This document shows positions 9,007 through 19,681 of a stretch of DNA of 64,000 nt, piece by piece. The notes below the pieces were generated by a model. It searched no databases. It saw only the letters and a list, made by a program, of their open reading frames with translations, and had not been told where the DNA came from. The stretch's first letter is position 1; every line of letters begins with the position of its first letter. Made by a program: the position numbers and the translations under genes. The stretch is from Candidatus Bathyarchaeota archaeon (GTDB taxonomy: Archaea; Thermoproteota; Bathyarchaeia; 40CM-2-53-6). The stretch is from assembly GCA_963753065.1 (NCBI GenBank), contig CAVWAQ010000001.1, positions 451,736 through 515,735 on the forward strand. Reading direction: 5' to 3'.

Positions 9007-11590
9007 CTATCCCGGTGTTCTTCGCCGATAGGCGTGCAGGTAACAAGCCGCGCAAGCCATAGCCAGCACAACAGGCAGTGTCATTTCAGCTGTTGGTAGT
9101 TCTGGAGTTGTGGTGCCGGTGGGTGTGAGGTTGAAGTCTACTGCTGTGTCCGAACCCATGGAGACTTGGATTTGGACTCCTTGCGCCGCGTATCCTGGAT
9201 ATGAGACGCCGAGCGTGTAGTTTCCGCTCGGTATCCACATCTCGTAGACGCCATCCAGGGAACTCGTCGTCAAGAGCGCCGGACCATACGCACTCACTGT
9301 GGCCCAAGAGAGCGGGATCAGGTTATCATACATGTCGAGTCCCAGAACGGTCCCGTTGACCCGAGCTAACCTGTCAAAATACAAATCCACGGTCTCATTC
9401 GCGATGGTCAAGGCGGTAGAGAAGGTCGCCGTCTGAGCTTGCGCATAACCTGGCACCCACCCGTATACGGTGTATGTTCCAGGGGCTAGCCCGTAGTCCG
9501 TCTGATGCGAGCCATCCGTCGCATCATAATAGTTCACCCACCTCACAGTCGGATTCCCCGCGTAATTCCAGAAGCCAAATACTTCAACCGAAGGCCAAAC
9601 CCAGCCGGGCGGATCGGTCGGTATTTGAGTGGCATTTGCCCCTGCTAGGACCCCAGATGAATCGAAGACTTCAACTCTTACTGGCACATACGTGGAGTTG
9701 TAGCGTGTGTACGTGTCGATCGGTGCCACTAGGCCTTCTTTCCGGAATGTGAGCGTTACATTCAGTCTCGTGGCTTCAACTAGGTCTATCTGAATGTCGC
9801 TCATGCCTCCGAATGACATCGACACCTGATAGTCCCTAATCTGGACGTAGCCAACAGTATATGCCCTGATGATGTAGGTGTCTGGCGGGAGATCAGTTAT
9901 GTTGGCGAAGACCACGTAGGGTGGCTCGCTAATCGTTGTGTTCTTGTCTCGCTGTGCCGGAATAGGTTTGCTGCGAGCCTATTGCTTCAATCCTTATAGT
10001 CGCGTTAGGATACCTCCACGGTACGCTTTGAGGCGGGGTCTGCCAGTTGATCGATCTCAAAGTGATATTCAGTAGTCCGCCTCTGACCATATCGAAGCTG
10101 AGGTTCGTCGTGGAGCATCCCGCTCCCAACGTTGCCTGAGGAAAGAAAGCCTGAGCGTATCCTGGGAAAGTGGCTTCTATGAAGTAGGTTCCGCTGGGTA
10201 ACCCGTTGTTCTTTCCCGTAATCGTCATATTCCAACTGGTGCTTCCTTTGGGCACGGAAGTGGTGTTGTAACCTTCAATTCCTCCATCAAGTCCAAAGGC
10301 TTCCAGTAGCAGCGTGCCGTTCTTCGGCGTTGGGCTGACGGAGCCTCCTACGTCCACGAAATGAACTGTGACATTGAATTGGCTGCTCCTCCACAGATCA
10401 AAAGGAACCGATATGATGCGCGAGTAATCGTACACGTGCACCGCAACAACATCCCTCTGCAAGTACCCGTTCACGTACGCCTTCAGGTAGTAATCCCCGA
10501 CAGCAAGTCCAGAAACATAGTCAGCACGATCTTGTGGGACGTGACCGTCCAAATCTATCGTCCCAGGGAATGAGAATGGGTAGTACGGTTGAGATGGATT
10601 AACGTTGGTTGCGTTGGTTGTGAGAAACCCTATCGACTTCAAGTTAGAGTCAAGTAGTTCCATGCTGATCCGATGAGACGCTGCGCTCCCCCACGGGACC
10701 GTTCCAACACCACACTTGGAGCATATAGTGCCAGAAATAGTTGCGCTTGGATACACATAGATGTCGACGCCTTCCAAAGATTGCCCGGCGTCCACGCTGA
10801 CGGTTCTGTTCAAAGTTTCTGGAACAAAACCGGCCGCTGAGGCGGTTAGGTTGTACGTTCCCGCGGCCAGACCGTAGATGATGTAGGCACCGTTCGCGGA
10901 AGCGTTGAAGTACGCCTGCCCCTCGATAGCTTCACCCATGGCGGTCTCCCCGTCAGCAAGAACCTTACCTGACACGTCGACCGGCTTACCGTACTGCCCA
11001 TTATCCGCGTTCAGGACGCGTCCGGATATGTACGCTGGATATAGGCCGCCCTTCACGACGATCGTTGGAAAATTCTTAGCACCGATCGAGTTCCCATTTA
11101 TGAACACCTTCACGAAGTATCTGCCGCACACATCAGGAGCCCTGACGTTGAACAACTTCACAGCGTAGTTGCCTGTAGCGTTGAGTGCGGTGATTCTCAC
11201 GCTCCACCACGACGGGCCAATGGGATCGTTTGAGCCCAGCCTATCCATTGATATCAGGTTGTAGTCGTTCGTTATGCTCGTCCACACGCTAGTAGTGTCT
11301 GATTGCAGAAAAGTGAACTCCGACGGAATATAGATCGCTATCGAAGAAGCATTGTTCAACGTGAGGCTAAAAGAGATGTCGCCTGTCGTGTTCTCGACTA
11401 TAGCGCCCTTCGGATAATCCAGCTTCACCATGTCGGTGGAGTTGCCCAAATAATGAGCGTACTTCCCAGGGGACATCTGAACTGTGCCAACTGACTTTGC
11501 CCATACGCATTGAGACAGCGGGCCCGTCCAGACCGCTCCGATCATAATCAGCAGTAACAGTATACGAGATAGTCGGCTTAGCGTGCTCAT
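9007..11590 (-). pseudogene. large cell-surface glycoprotein (repeated carboxypeptidase-regulatory-like beta-sandwich modules), split by one +1 frame break
   Basis: The ATG at 11590 is preceded by GGAGG and followed by the signal peptide MSTLSRLSRILLLLIMIGAVW. Motifs of the form (P/L)xGxY..A...GY recur, and there are many N-x-S/T sequons. The C-terminal TM anchor is LPVVLAMACAACYLHAYRRR. ORFs 9929-11590 and 9007-9915 join as ..QTYSGTA-QRDKNTTISEPPYVVFANITDLPPDTY within 9932-9978. Confidence 0.7.
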
Positions 11591-11640
11591 GGTCCCTCCG
11601 CCATAAGGTCTTGATGGGCCAAGACCGAGGCGACATCCGG

Positions 11641-12036
11641 TTAGCTTTCTGCAAGCTTTGGTTCTTGTTCCGAGTCCGGGCCTGAGGGCTCCTCTACTTC
11701 CTGTCCCTTCCGTATTCTGGCATATAGCTTGGCGATTCCCAGAATCGCGAAGACCAATAGGAATCCTGAAAGAATGGACTCCACGACCAGGAGAACCCAC
11801 GATGTGGTTGGGACAGTGAAAGTCCCTGTGGTTGAACCAGTGAAAGTCCCGCGCGTAAACGTTGGTTGAGGTGAGATCAAGTAGACCACGTACATGTACA
11901 GGCCGTTGAAGAGTCCCGCAGCCAAGCTCGCTAATACTAATCTCTTGTTCGAAATAGCGCCGCTTTTCGATTTCATCAGAGAGCCAACTACTAGGCCGGC
12001 GACGATCACGGGGATTATGACTGAAATCTGTGGCAT
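11641..12036 (-). CDS. small integral membrane protein, unknown function
   Basis: 131-aa ORF with several hydrophobic segments (VIIPVIVAGLVVGSL, LASLAAGLFNGLYMYVVYL, WVLLVVESILSGFLLVFAILGIA) and an acidic tail. It lies upstream of, and on the same strand as, the surface glycoprotein gene. Confidence 0.5.
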   Translation of the reverse strand: MPQISVIIPVIVAGLVVGSLMKSKSGAISNKRLVLASLAAGLFNGLYMYVVYLISPQPTFTRGTFTGSTTGTFTVPTTSWVLLVVESILSGFLLVFAILGIAKLYARIRKGQEVEEPSGPDSEQEPKLAES

Positions 12037-12219
12037 GGAGCTCGCGCCATCTTTGCCGAGAGGGCTCTACGAGCTTATATAAGGCTAGTTCCGAATTGAT
12101 GCAAAATTCACACCGCAAACCTAGGAGTCGCAATAGCTTGAGCGGCAGAGATAGCTTCCTTAAAATCCTCGACCTGATATCGATGCACGAATTCAGACTC
12201 TCCGTGAGATGAGACAGGC

Positions 12220-13140
12220 ATGAGTTTCCTTGACTGGTTCCGAAAATACGCCGGCGCACTGTTCTTGTTGTTGCTAATGGTCCCGACAGTTGTTGTTCAA
12301 GCTCAGAATCCAACTCACTTGACCGTGACCATAGAAGGTCAGGTCTTAACCGCGGGCTTCGACAACAATGTCACGCTAACGGTGACAAACAGCTACCCAG
12401 CGCAGAGCATCTATCCTTCCTCCGCTATCTACGACGTTGACGTAGCCATATCGATACCGACACCACTACAAATGTCTGGGGACAATCACTGGCACTATGA
12501 TTCACTCGCGTTACAGCAATCAGTTAGTATAGGATTTCAGGTCTACGCGGCCACCGCAGCAGTGGGCAGCGCTTACGAAGGCACCGTTACGCTGACGTAC
12601 AGACAGCTCGGTGACGTATCATATACATCGGAAAGTCACTCGATCGGCTTCCAGGTTCAAGGCTGGATCAAGCTGGTGCTTTACGGGATACAGTTGACTC
12701 CGGCGGCCTCCGTACCTGGCGGCAACGTCACGATCTCGGGAAGCCTCCTGAACAGCGGAAACTTGGCCTCCTACAATGCCAACGTGACAGTTGAGTCAGA
12801 AGCATTGGCAACCGGCACTCAGGCAAGCGTCTTCTTAGGCGAAATCGACCCGAACATCCCTAGGCCATTCAGCCTCTTGGTGACTTTCAAGAAGAACCTC
12901 GCCAGCGGAACCTATCCAATCCTTGTCAAAGTGTCGGCCATAGATACTAACAGGCCTGCCTATCCGTACAATGTCCAACAATCATCGCAGGTTCAAATCA
13001 CGATACCTGCCGTGCAGACACGAACTCTGACTCGCCAAACAGGCGTCACTGCGATTCTCTTTGAGGTCCTTCGCTTTCTCTATGGCCTATTCTTCGGTTT
13101 CTGGAGCATTGTATCAAGAGTTTGCACGACTTACTCATGA
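12220..13140 (+). CDS. secreted, C-terminally anchored beta-sandwich protein (CARDB / COG1361 S-layer-like)
   Basis: 306-aa ORF with signal peptide ALFLLLLMVPTVVVQAQ, two similar modules (..VTLTVTNS.. and ..VTISGSLLNSGN..) and a hydrophobic C-terminus. The family assignment rests on pattern resemblance only. Confidence 0.55.
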   Translation: MSFLDWFRKYAGALFLLLLMVPTVVVQAQNPTHLTVTIEGQVLTAGFDNNVTLTVTNSYPAQSIYPSSAIYDVDVAISIPTPLQMSGDNHWHYDSLALQQSVSIGFQVYAATAAVGSAYEGTVTLTYRQLGDVSYTSESHSIGFQVQGWIKLVLYGIQLTPAASVPGGNVTISGSLLNSGNLASYNANVTVESEALATGTQASVFLGEIDPNIPRPFSLLVTFKKNLASGTYPILVKVSAIDTNRPAYPYNVQQSSQVQITIPAVQTRTLTRQTGVTAILFEVLRFLYGLFFGFWSIVSRVCTTYS

Positions 13141-13228
13141 TTCTATACTACTATGCGACGCTAGTCCTTGGGGTCAGACAAGTCGAATAGAGTCTCGCTG
13201 GATCCGTTTGCGGAATCCCTTTGCGGAA

Positions 13229-14516
13229 TCACTCGTACTTTAGCGCCGCAACAGCGTTCATTCTTGAGCCTCTCCATGCAGGGTAGAGTCCTGCCAATAT
13301 GGCTAGCCCAATTGGGAACACCAACGAGAAGAGTATGAGTCCTGTTGAGAATACAGGTTGGATTCCAGCTGATGCAGCTGCTCCTCCTCCGCCGCCTGGT
13401 CCTCCAAATCCGATGGCTCCACGTCCTCCTCCAAGTCCACCTAGCATTCCTCCCATGAGAAACGAAATCGCATAACCGAGAGCCAGTCCGCAGACGCCTC
13501 CAATCGCTCCTGTAAGGGCAGCTTCTGACAGGAACATGCCCATTATCTGTCGCGGTCTGTATCCTATCGCCTTCAATATTCCGATCTCTCTAGTGCGTTC
13601 CATTACTGAGACATACATTGTGTTAACTATTCCAACAGTCGCCACGAACAATGAGACCGCGCCGATACTTCCTAGGAACAATGTTAGCTGCCCTGTTATT
13701 GATTGGATACTTGACAGAATCTGTCCGGGGCTAATCACTCGAACGTTTGTTGAGTAGTATGTCGTGATGTCTGTTTGGACAGCCTGCACATCGTCTGTGT
13801 TGTCGACTATGACGTAGATCCCTGTGAAGTAGGGGGTTCTAGCGAGGAGCTGTGTTGCTTGCAACGATACAAAGATCGTGTCGTCGATATTGGAAAACAG
13901 GGCCGTTCCGTACGGTGCGAGGATTGCGTTTGCAAGAACTGTGTAAGTGACAGCAACAGTTCCTTTGGCTGCTTCTGATTCCGCTGACCGACATGGAAAC
14001 CATCTGGTTGAGGCCAATCGGTGTTCCTGATACGGGGTTTGCTATCCCGTCTCCTACAACGGCAGAGGTCGTGTCGCCTGCGCTGGGGAGGATTCCCTGG
14101 TTAACAGTCAGTCCCTTGTAGAGTATTGGAAGGGCTGATAGGTCCATCCCGACGATGCTCGCTCGAAGCGAAGTTCCACCATTGTTGACGGTGGCACCAT
14201 AGCTGTAGAATGGGTAGGCTGCAACCACGCCTGGTATCGTTGTCAGGTAATCCAAGTCCAGCTGACTCAGCTGATAGCTGGTCGTGGCGCCGCGTGAAAA
14301 GAATCCCCCTGCATTTTCTACCGTGAGCACGTTCGCTCCGGTTTTCTCGATGCTGCCAGTGATGTTTGCGTTGAGCCCACTTGAACTAGCTATTAGTGCC
14401 AGAATGATCGCTGAACCAACTGCTATTCCAAGTATTGTCAGGACACTGCGCATCTTTCTGTCGACGAGTGCTTTGTAGGCTAACTTGAGCATATCAGCGA
14501 GTTGCAATGCCTTCAT
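13229..14516 (-). pseudogene. ABC transporter permease, MacB/FtsX family, one +1 frame break
   Basis: ORF 13839-14516 gives the N-terminal TM and the periplasmic MacB-like domain. ORF 13229-14017 gives the FtsX core (ERTREIGILKAIGYRPRQI ... YPAWRGSRMNAVAALKYE). The junction near 13977-13994 reads ..MVSMSVS-AESEAAKGTVAV. Confidence 0.75.
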
Positions 14517-14600
14517 CTCCGAATATTGTTAGGTTTCGCATATTGGAGCCCCAAGCGAAGAAGTGGTCTCTTTCTGGTCGGCTAAGTTTCAGCGTTTGAA

Positions 14601-15485
14601 TCAAGTCTCCGTGTAGGAATCGATTCGCCGAAGAGACTCTTCTTTCTCGATTAACCCGTCCTTTATGGTGACGATCCGGTGAGTCATATTGGCAACGTCG
14701 GGATTGTGAGTCACAATCACGAACGTCGTTCCTAAGGTCTTGTTGACCTGAATTATGTAGTTTAGAACCTCAAGGGTGGTCACCGAATCCACGTTACCGG
14801 TTGGTTCGTCACCAAGGACTAAGGCAGGCTCGGTAACTAGTGCCCTAGCAATTGCGACACGTTGCTGCTCTCCACCACTAAGCTCGGTGGGGCGTTTTTT
14901 TGCTTTCGTGTTTAATCCAACCGCGCTTAACATCTTGAGCGATCTGCTCCTGCGAACTCGCTCGGGCAGCCCTCTTGCTACGAGGGGCATCTCCACATTC
15001 TCAATCGAGCTAAGTCTCTGAATCAGATTGAAGGACTGGTATACGAATCCTATCTTTTGGTTGCGAAGAAGAGCAAGCTTATCTTCGTTTAATCTTTTGA
15101 GATCGATGCCATCAATGATTACTCGGCCTGACGTCGGCGGGTCAAGAGCACCAACCACGTTGAGGAACGTTGATTTTCCGCTGCCAGAAGGCCCAACGAT
15201 TGACACAAGCTCGCCTTTGGGTATCGAAATGCTCACTCCCCTGAGCGCTGGATAGTCAACGTGCCCGATGCGGTAGGCCTTTGTGACATCAATCGTTCGG
15301 ACGGCGGGGACGTCTTGTCTGGTCAAAGTGGTCTCAACTACGCAGCATGGTTCCTGCCCTCGCAGATTTACACCTTTTGCAAGCCAATTGATGGCTACCG
15401 ACGCACTCCGCAATGCTCTTTGGCATTTCTGCTCGTAGCATTGAGCTTGACGAGGGCTCTTGAACGGATTCTGGCTTTCAGCCAA
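14601..15485 (-). CDS. ABC transporter ATP-binding protein (MacB/LolD-like)
   Basis: Contains Walker A GPSGSGKST, signature LSGGEQQRVAIARAL and Walker B LVLGDEPTGNVD. The first ~50 aa are not family-like, so TTG at 15329 is an alternative start. Confidence 0.9.
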   Translation of the reverse strand: MAESQNPFKSPRQAQCYEQKCQRALRSASVAINWLAKGVNLRGQEPCCVVETTLTRQDVPAVRTIDVTKAYRIGHVDYPALRGVSISIPKGELVSIVGPSGSGKSTFLNVVGALDPPTSGRVIIDGIDLKRLNEDKLALLRNQKIGFVYQSFNLIQRLSSIENVEMPLVARGLPERVRRSRSLKMLSAVGLNTKAKKRPTELSGGEQQRVAIARALVTEPALVLGDEPTGNVDSVTTLEVLNYIIQVNKTLGTTFVIVTHNPDVANMTHRIVTIKDGLIEKEESLRRIDSYTET

Positions 15486-15569
15486 ACCGATCGCTTGCCG
15501 GTCCGACAGGAACCGAGCGGGGCCGGAAAGAGAATGATAACGCCTGCTACGAATTGACCGTCCAGTTGA

Positions 15570-15779
15570 GGCATTCTAGTCGATAGGCTTGAGAAAAGGT
15601 TCGGCGCTGTTGCGGCGGGAGATCAGCTTCGAAGTAAGCGAAGGTGATTTGGATGGGATGTCGGAACGAACGGCGCCGGCAAAACCACGATTGTCCGCAT
15701 TCTTGCATGTCTTCGATTCGAGGGTCAGCGTATGTCGGCTGATTCGCAGTCACCCGTGAGTGGAGCAAGGCTTTCCTAG
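15570..15779 (+). pseudogene. relic of an ABC-type ATPase N-terminus (Walker A region only), frame-shifted and truncated
   Basis: Three successive plus-strand frames read GILVDRLEKRFGAVAA, then EISFEVSEGDL, then FGWDVGTNGAGKTTIVRILACL. This is the usual start of an ABC ATPase. There is no start codon, and it ends against the next gene. Confidence 0.55.
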
Positions 15780-15787
15780 AACTGCAC

Positions 15788-16237
15788 TTAGGTCAGGACG
15801 CGTGTTGGTTCGATCTTGAGTATGACACGTTTCTCTTCGGGCGCTCGCCATGGATACTTGTCCTTGCCGATGTACTTCTTGGCAAGCTTGTCAATGTGAG
15901 CGTCGGCACCTTCGAGCGTCTGTGACACGACGCGACCATGAATCACGATCTTGTCGTACATGTTGTTCTGATCAGCAATAGAAAGCGCAACGCGTGGCTC
16001 TCTAGTGACATTGCTCTGTTTTACACGCCCCATTGCGGTGTTGACAAGGATCGTGTCGCCCTCGCGGTCGATCCAGACAGGCGCGACATGAGGAGCGCCA
16101 TCTGGCATAATGGTTGCAAGAAAAGCGAAATTCTTGCCATCGATCAGTCCGACGGCCTTGGCATTCAATTTCGCAGACAATAGCATCACAATTCGTAACC
16201 GTTGTTCCCCAATAAAGGTAAGGTTTGCTTGGACCAT
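15788..16237 (-). CDS. pyridoxamine 5'-phosphate oxidase family (FMN/F420-binding split beta-barrel) protein
   Basis: Contains GKNFAFLATIMPDGAPHVAPVWIDREGDTILVNT and a C-terminal KYIGKDKYPW pattern. The likely true start is the ATG at 16186. Confidence 0.75.
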   Translation of the reverse strand: MVQANLTFIGEQRLRIVMLLSAKLNAKAVGLIDGKNFAFLATIMPDGAPHVAPVWIDREGDTILVNTAMGRVKQSNVTREPRVALSIADQNNMYDKIVIHGRVVSQTLEGADAHIDKLAKKYIGKDKYPWRAPEEKRVILKIEPTRVLT

Positions 16238-16623
16238 GAGAAAGGCAGTTCCGCCTGCTTCCGTACGTCCCGATTCATGATCCTGAATTGACCGTTACTC
16301 GGTCAGCGTTCGGCTCAAGCTCCTCTGCAGCACATCGTCATTGCTCAGCGATCAACACAAAAAGAGGAGAAACAGGAAAGAATGGACGCGATCCGACGGC
16401 TATTGGCATCCTCTATTTCTTTTGCTTCTTCTTCTTTGACTTCTTCGGCATTTTTTGTTTGCTCCGGAGCTGTCGACGCCAATTAGGCGGCGATTCGCCC
16501 CTGAAACATCATTAGTGGATGCATCGCGTTTAAATTGATCGGTTCTTCCTCAATATGGCATCCCTATGGGATTGGCGTCGCTTTTTGTGCGAATTTCTGG
16601 GAGTGGACGGGCGAAACGGCATG

Positions 16624-17478
16624 CTAGAGCTTGGGATAGTGGAGAGGAGCGCCGGTTTCCCCTACGTCGAAGGCGCCGACGTGTGCCCCACCGAGGTTCG
16701 CGTAGAAGAGACGCGTCCCTTTCGGCTCGAACGCGACGTTTGTCGGCTGATTCAAGATCTCACCACTGGTGTCCTCGATGAGAAGTTCGACATTCTGATC
16801 GGGCGACACGACGTAGATGCGATTCGGAAGGTAGCACGAAACATACAGGTTTCCGTTCTTTGCGAATGCCAGCCCATCCAGTATGTTCCCCGGGAACTGA
16901 GCGTATATCTCGGGTGCGCCCACCATCCCATCTTTGTTGACCGGGATGCGCAGAACGTCTGCTGCCGTGGTCTCGATCATGAAGACGGCTCCATCCTTGG
17001 GTGATATCGCGAGCCCGTTCGGGAAGTGCCAGTTCCCGCCGATCAGGGATTCTGATTGGCCGTTGCGTCTGACTCGTATCAATCGCCCATTGGGTTTCCA
17101 GTAGTCGCCTGAATCGGAGAAGTAGTAGTTCCCCTTTGCATCGAATGATCCATAATTGGGGTTCACCAGCGAACCGTCGGGAGCGCTATCGCAATAGACC
17201 GAGACCTCGCCCTTCTGCGTGACACGGTTCACTCGGTGTCCTGAGGCATTACACACGTAGACGTTGTGGTTTCGATCAACAGCCACGCCTCCGAGGAATC
17301 CTTTGGCATTCGCCAATTGTCGAAGCTCGAACTTCGGCGGGGTCATCACGTAAACTTGGCCATTGAAACCGCCCGCATACAGGCGACCGTCAGGACCGAA
17401 ATTGATACACTCCGGATGATCCAAGCCGGACCGAATTATCTCAACTTGATGAACATTGCGACGCGTCAATTCCGCCAA
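16624..17478 (-). CDS. SMP-30/gluconolactonase/LRE-like beta-propeller protein
   Basis: 284-aa ORF with repeated blade-like segments (GPDGRLY, NHNVYVC, GNYYFSD, PNGLAISPKDG, GLAFAKNGNLYV). Confidence 0.8.
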   Translation of the reverse strand: MAELTRRNVHQVEIIRSGLDHPECINFGPDGRLYAGGFNGQVYVMTPPKFELRQLANAKGFLGGVAVDRNHNVYVCNASGHRVNRVTQKGEVSVYCDSAPDGSLVNPNYGSFDAKGNYYFSDSGDYWKPNGRLIRVRRNGQSESLIGGNWHFPNGLAISPKDGAVFMIETTAADVLRIPVNKDGMVGAPEIYAQFPGNILDGLAFAKNGNLYVSCYLPNRIYVVSPDQNVELLIEDTSGEILNQPTNVAFEPKGTRLFYANLGGAHVGAFDVGETGAPLHYPKL

Positions 17479-17592
17479 ACTCCGCCGCTAGCCACGCACG
17501 CAGACTGTGCTTTTGAAGCTTTTCGAATCGCGTGTCTCATGAGAAGAGCACGGCGGCTTGGCGAATGTCTCAATCGCTGCGCAAATAGACGG

Positions 17593-18120
17593 TCAATGCT
17601 GTTGGACTGTCTTGCTGTCTAGATCACCTTTCGGAAGGAACGTGCCGTATCTTGCTGCGAGATTGTTGACGACACTAGACATTCCACCGGGGTTGAAGCT
17701 CACAACGACCAGAAAGTCGTTCACATAGAAGGCGAGGAGATAGACTCGCGAATACGCGACAACGACCGAGTTGAGTTCTCCAGAACCGCCCACAAGCTCC
17801 CGCCAGAACAATCCCATGATGGTCGGGAACTCCTTTAGCGTTCGTTCCTCTGTTTTCGGGTCGACATAACTTACGGTCCCGGGACGTTGAGCGTTTTCTA
17901 GGATGTCACCGCGTTGATCGACTATTCCAACCCATCGTATCTCCTTGTCTAGCTGGAAGAGTTCATCGACTAGTTCCTTTGCATTCATGGCTACTGTCAG
18001 CGTATCCTGAACCGAGCAGATACTTAACTGTGCAACAACGGTTTCCATGCATTCTGGCGGTCTATTCGCTATTGAATTTGATGCATTCGTAATAGTCTCT
18101 TTGCATGGGCGTGATTGCAC
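17593..18120 (-). CDS. hypothetical protein (weak roadblock/LC7-like resemblance)
   Basis: 175-aa ORF. Internal ATGs at METVV.. or MNAKELV.. are plausible starts. The segment IRWVGIVDQRGDIL resembles roadblock-type domains, but only loosely. Confidence 0.4.
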   Translation of the reverse strand: MQSRPCKETITNASNSIANRPPECMETVVAQLSICSVQDTLTVAMNAKELVDELFQLDKEIRWVGIVDQRGDILENAQRPGTVSYVDPKTEERTLKEFPTIMGLFWRELVGGSGELNSVVVAYSRVYLLAFYVNDFLVVVSFNPGGMSSVVNNLAARYGTFLPKGDLDSKTVQQH

Positions 18121-18236
18121 GGTCCATGTTGAAAACTCAGAATCACAACGACCTGACCGCCATGATGTTAGTCAAGCAAAGACGATGGTAGTAGAAAAAG
18201 GCTAGACCGAGAACATTCCTGGGTGACAGCCTATTT

Positions 18237-19595
18237 CTAAGATCCGAATTCTTTCTTCACTCTCTGGAGACCGACCCGCATTGCAGCAAGGATTCTTTCC
18301 ATATCTTCGTCAGAATGTGCGGCAACGATTCCGTGATGGAAGAGCGTGATCGGAAGAGTGTAGACGCCTTTTCGAAGCATCTCTGCCTGGAAGACCTTGA
18401 ACCGGTCGGAATCTGCCTTTGCTGCAGTTCTGTAGTCTCTGACCTCCTCATCAGTGAAGTAGACTTGGAATTGCCCTCCCAGGGCCTGCAATCGAGCCGA
18501 GACGCCTTGTTCCTCCGCCAGCTTGTCGAATCTCTTTTCAAGGTCCGCAGATTGTTCATTTAGCTTTCTCTGAATTTCTCCGTTCTTGAGAGCCTCAAGG
18601 GTTGCGAGAGATGCAGCGACGCAGACTTGGCTGCCGTTGTATACGCCTGCCCAGCCGACTTTGCCACCGGGCTCGGTAACTCTCATTACGTCTGCTCTTC
18701 CGGCCACTGCGCTCATCGGGAAACCATTTGCAATAGCCTTGGCAAACGTCGCCAAATCGGGCGTGACGCCATAGTATTCTTGCGCTCCTCCCGGGGCAAC
18801 TCGGAAACCCGAGATTACTTCGTCAAATATGAGAAGCACATCGTTGTCGTTCGCGATTTCCTTCAGCTCTTTGAGGTAGCCTTCCTCTGGGCACGCACAT
18901 CCGACATTGAACATGATCGGCTCTATGATAACGGCTGCAAGCTCTCTTCGGTTTCTCTTGATGATCTTCCCGGCGCTTTCAAGATCATTGAACGGCATTA
19001 CAATAGTAGATCTCGTCGCCGTCCTGAGTAAACCAAGATTCTCCGGTACGCCTCTTGGTCTGCTTCTAGGCCCGGCTTTCTTTAGGCTGGGCTTGTGGCT
19101 GATCGCTGCCGAATCGTGCCAGCCATTGTACCCGCCCTCGAGTTTGGCGATCTTCTGTCTCCCTGTATATCCTCGCGCGATCATCATGGCCTTCATCACC
19201 GCCTCGGTGCCGGAGTTCGAGAACTTCACAGACTCGGCGCAGGGAACCATTTCCTTGACCTTCTCCGCCGCCTTGATGTTGAGTTCTGTTTCAACTCCGC
19301 AGGTCAGACCCGATTCGAGTTGTTCCTTGACCGCTTTGGTGACGCGTTCATCTCCATGCCCTAGGATGAGGGCCGACATGTTGATGACACAGTCGATGTA
19401 CTCGTTTCCATCGACATCCCAGAGCTTCGATCCTTTGGCCCGCGCGAACCAGAGGGGATGCGGGTCAAAGAATCGGATGTTAGAGTGAGTGCCTCCGGGT
19501 ACAATCGAGTCGATCTCTTGATAGAGACTCCTTGACTTGTCAACCTCTCTTACACTTGTGCTCATCATCGCCACCTGTAGTCGTGAGCTTTTCAC
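18237..19595 (-). CDS. class III (glutamate-1-semialdehyde aminomutase-like) PLP aminotransferase
   Basis: Contains SGTEAVMKAMMIARGYTGRQKIAKLEGGYNGWHD, DEVISGFR and the PLP-lysine context FAKAIANGFP. Confidence 0.85.
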   Translation of the reverse strand: MKSSRLQVAMMSTSVREVDKSRSLYQEIDSIVPGGTHSNIRFFDPHPLWFARAKGSKLWDVDGNEYIDCVINMSALILGHGDERVTKAVKEQLESGLTCGVETELNIKAAEKVKEMVPCAESVKFSNSGTEAVMKAMMIARGYTGRQKIAKLEGGYNGWHDSAAISHKPSLKKAGPRSRPRGVPENLGLLRTATRSTIVMPFNDLESAGKIIKRNRRELAAVIIEPIMFNVGCACPEEGYLKELKEIANDNDVLLIFDEVISGFRVAPGGAQEYYGVTPDLATFAKAIANGFPMSAVAGRADVMRVTEPGGKVGWAGVYNGSQVCVAASLATLEALKNGEIQRKLNEQSADLEKRFDKLAEEQGVSARLQALGGQFQVYFTDEEVRDYRTAAKADSDRFKVFQAEMLRKGVYTLPITLFHHGIVAAHSDEDMERILAAMRVGLQRVKKEFGS

Positions 19596-19681
19596 GCCGT
19601 CGCCCCTAAGCTAGCTCTCGAACTTATGCCTATTCAAATCCGTCACGCCGACTCAATGGTCACAGGCTTTCTGCGGGTCAC

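Noticed and set aside
11591-12313. The 241-codon N-terminal extension of ORF 9929-12313, which would make a 794-aa product
   Set aside because: The extension overlaps the independent membrane-protein gene at 11641-12036 and runs into the divergent 12220 gene region. It has no protein-like character. An ATG at 11590 with an upstream GGAGG is followed by a textbook signal peptide.
16413-16451. A Lys-rich micro-ORF (MPKKSKKKKQKK) and a 46-codon TTG ORF in the 385-nt gap upstream of the PPOX-family gene
   Set aside because: They arise from a purine/pyrimidine-biased tract. They lack a convincing RBS or start context and any recognisable fold, so I did not call them.
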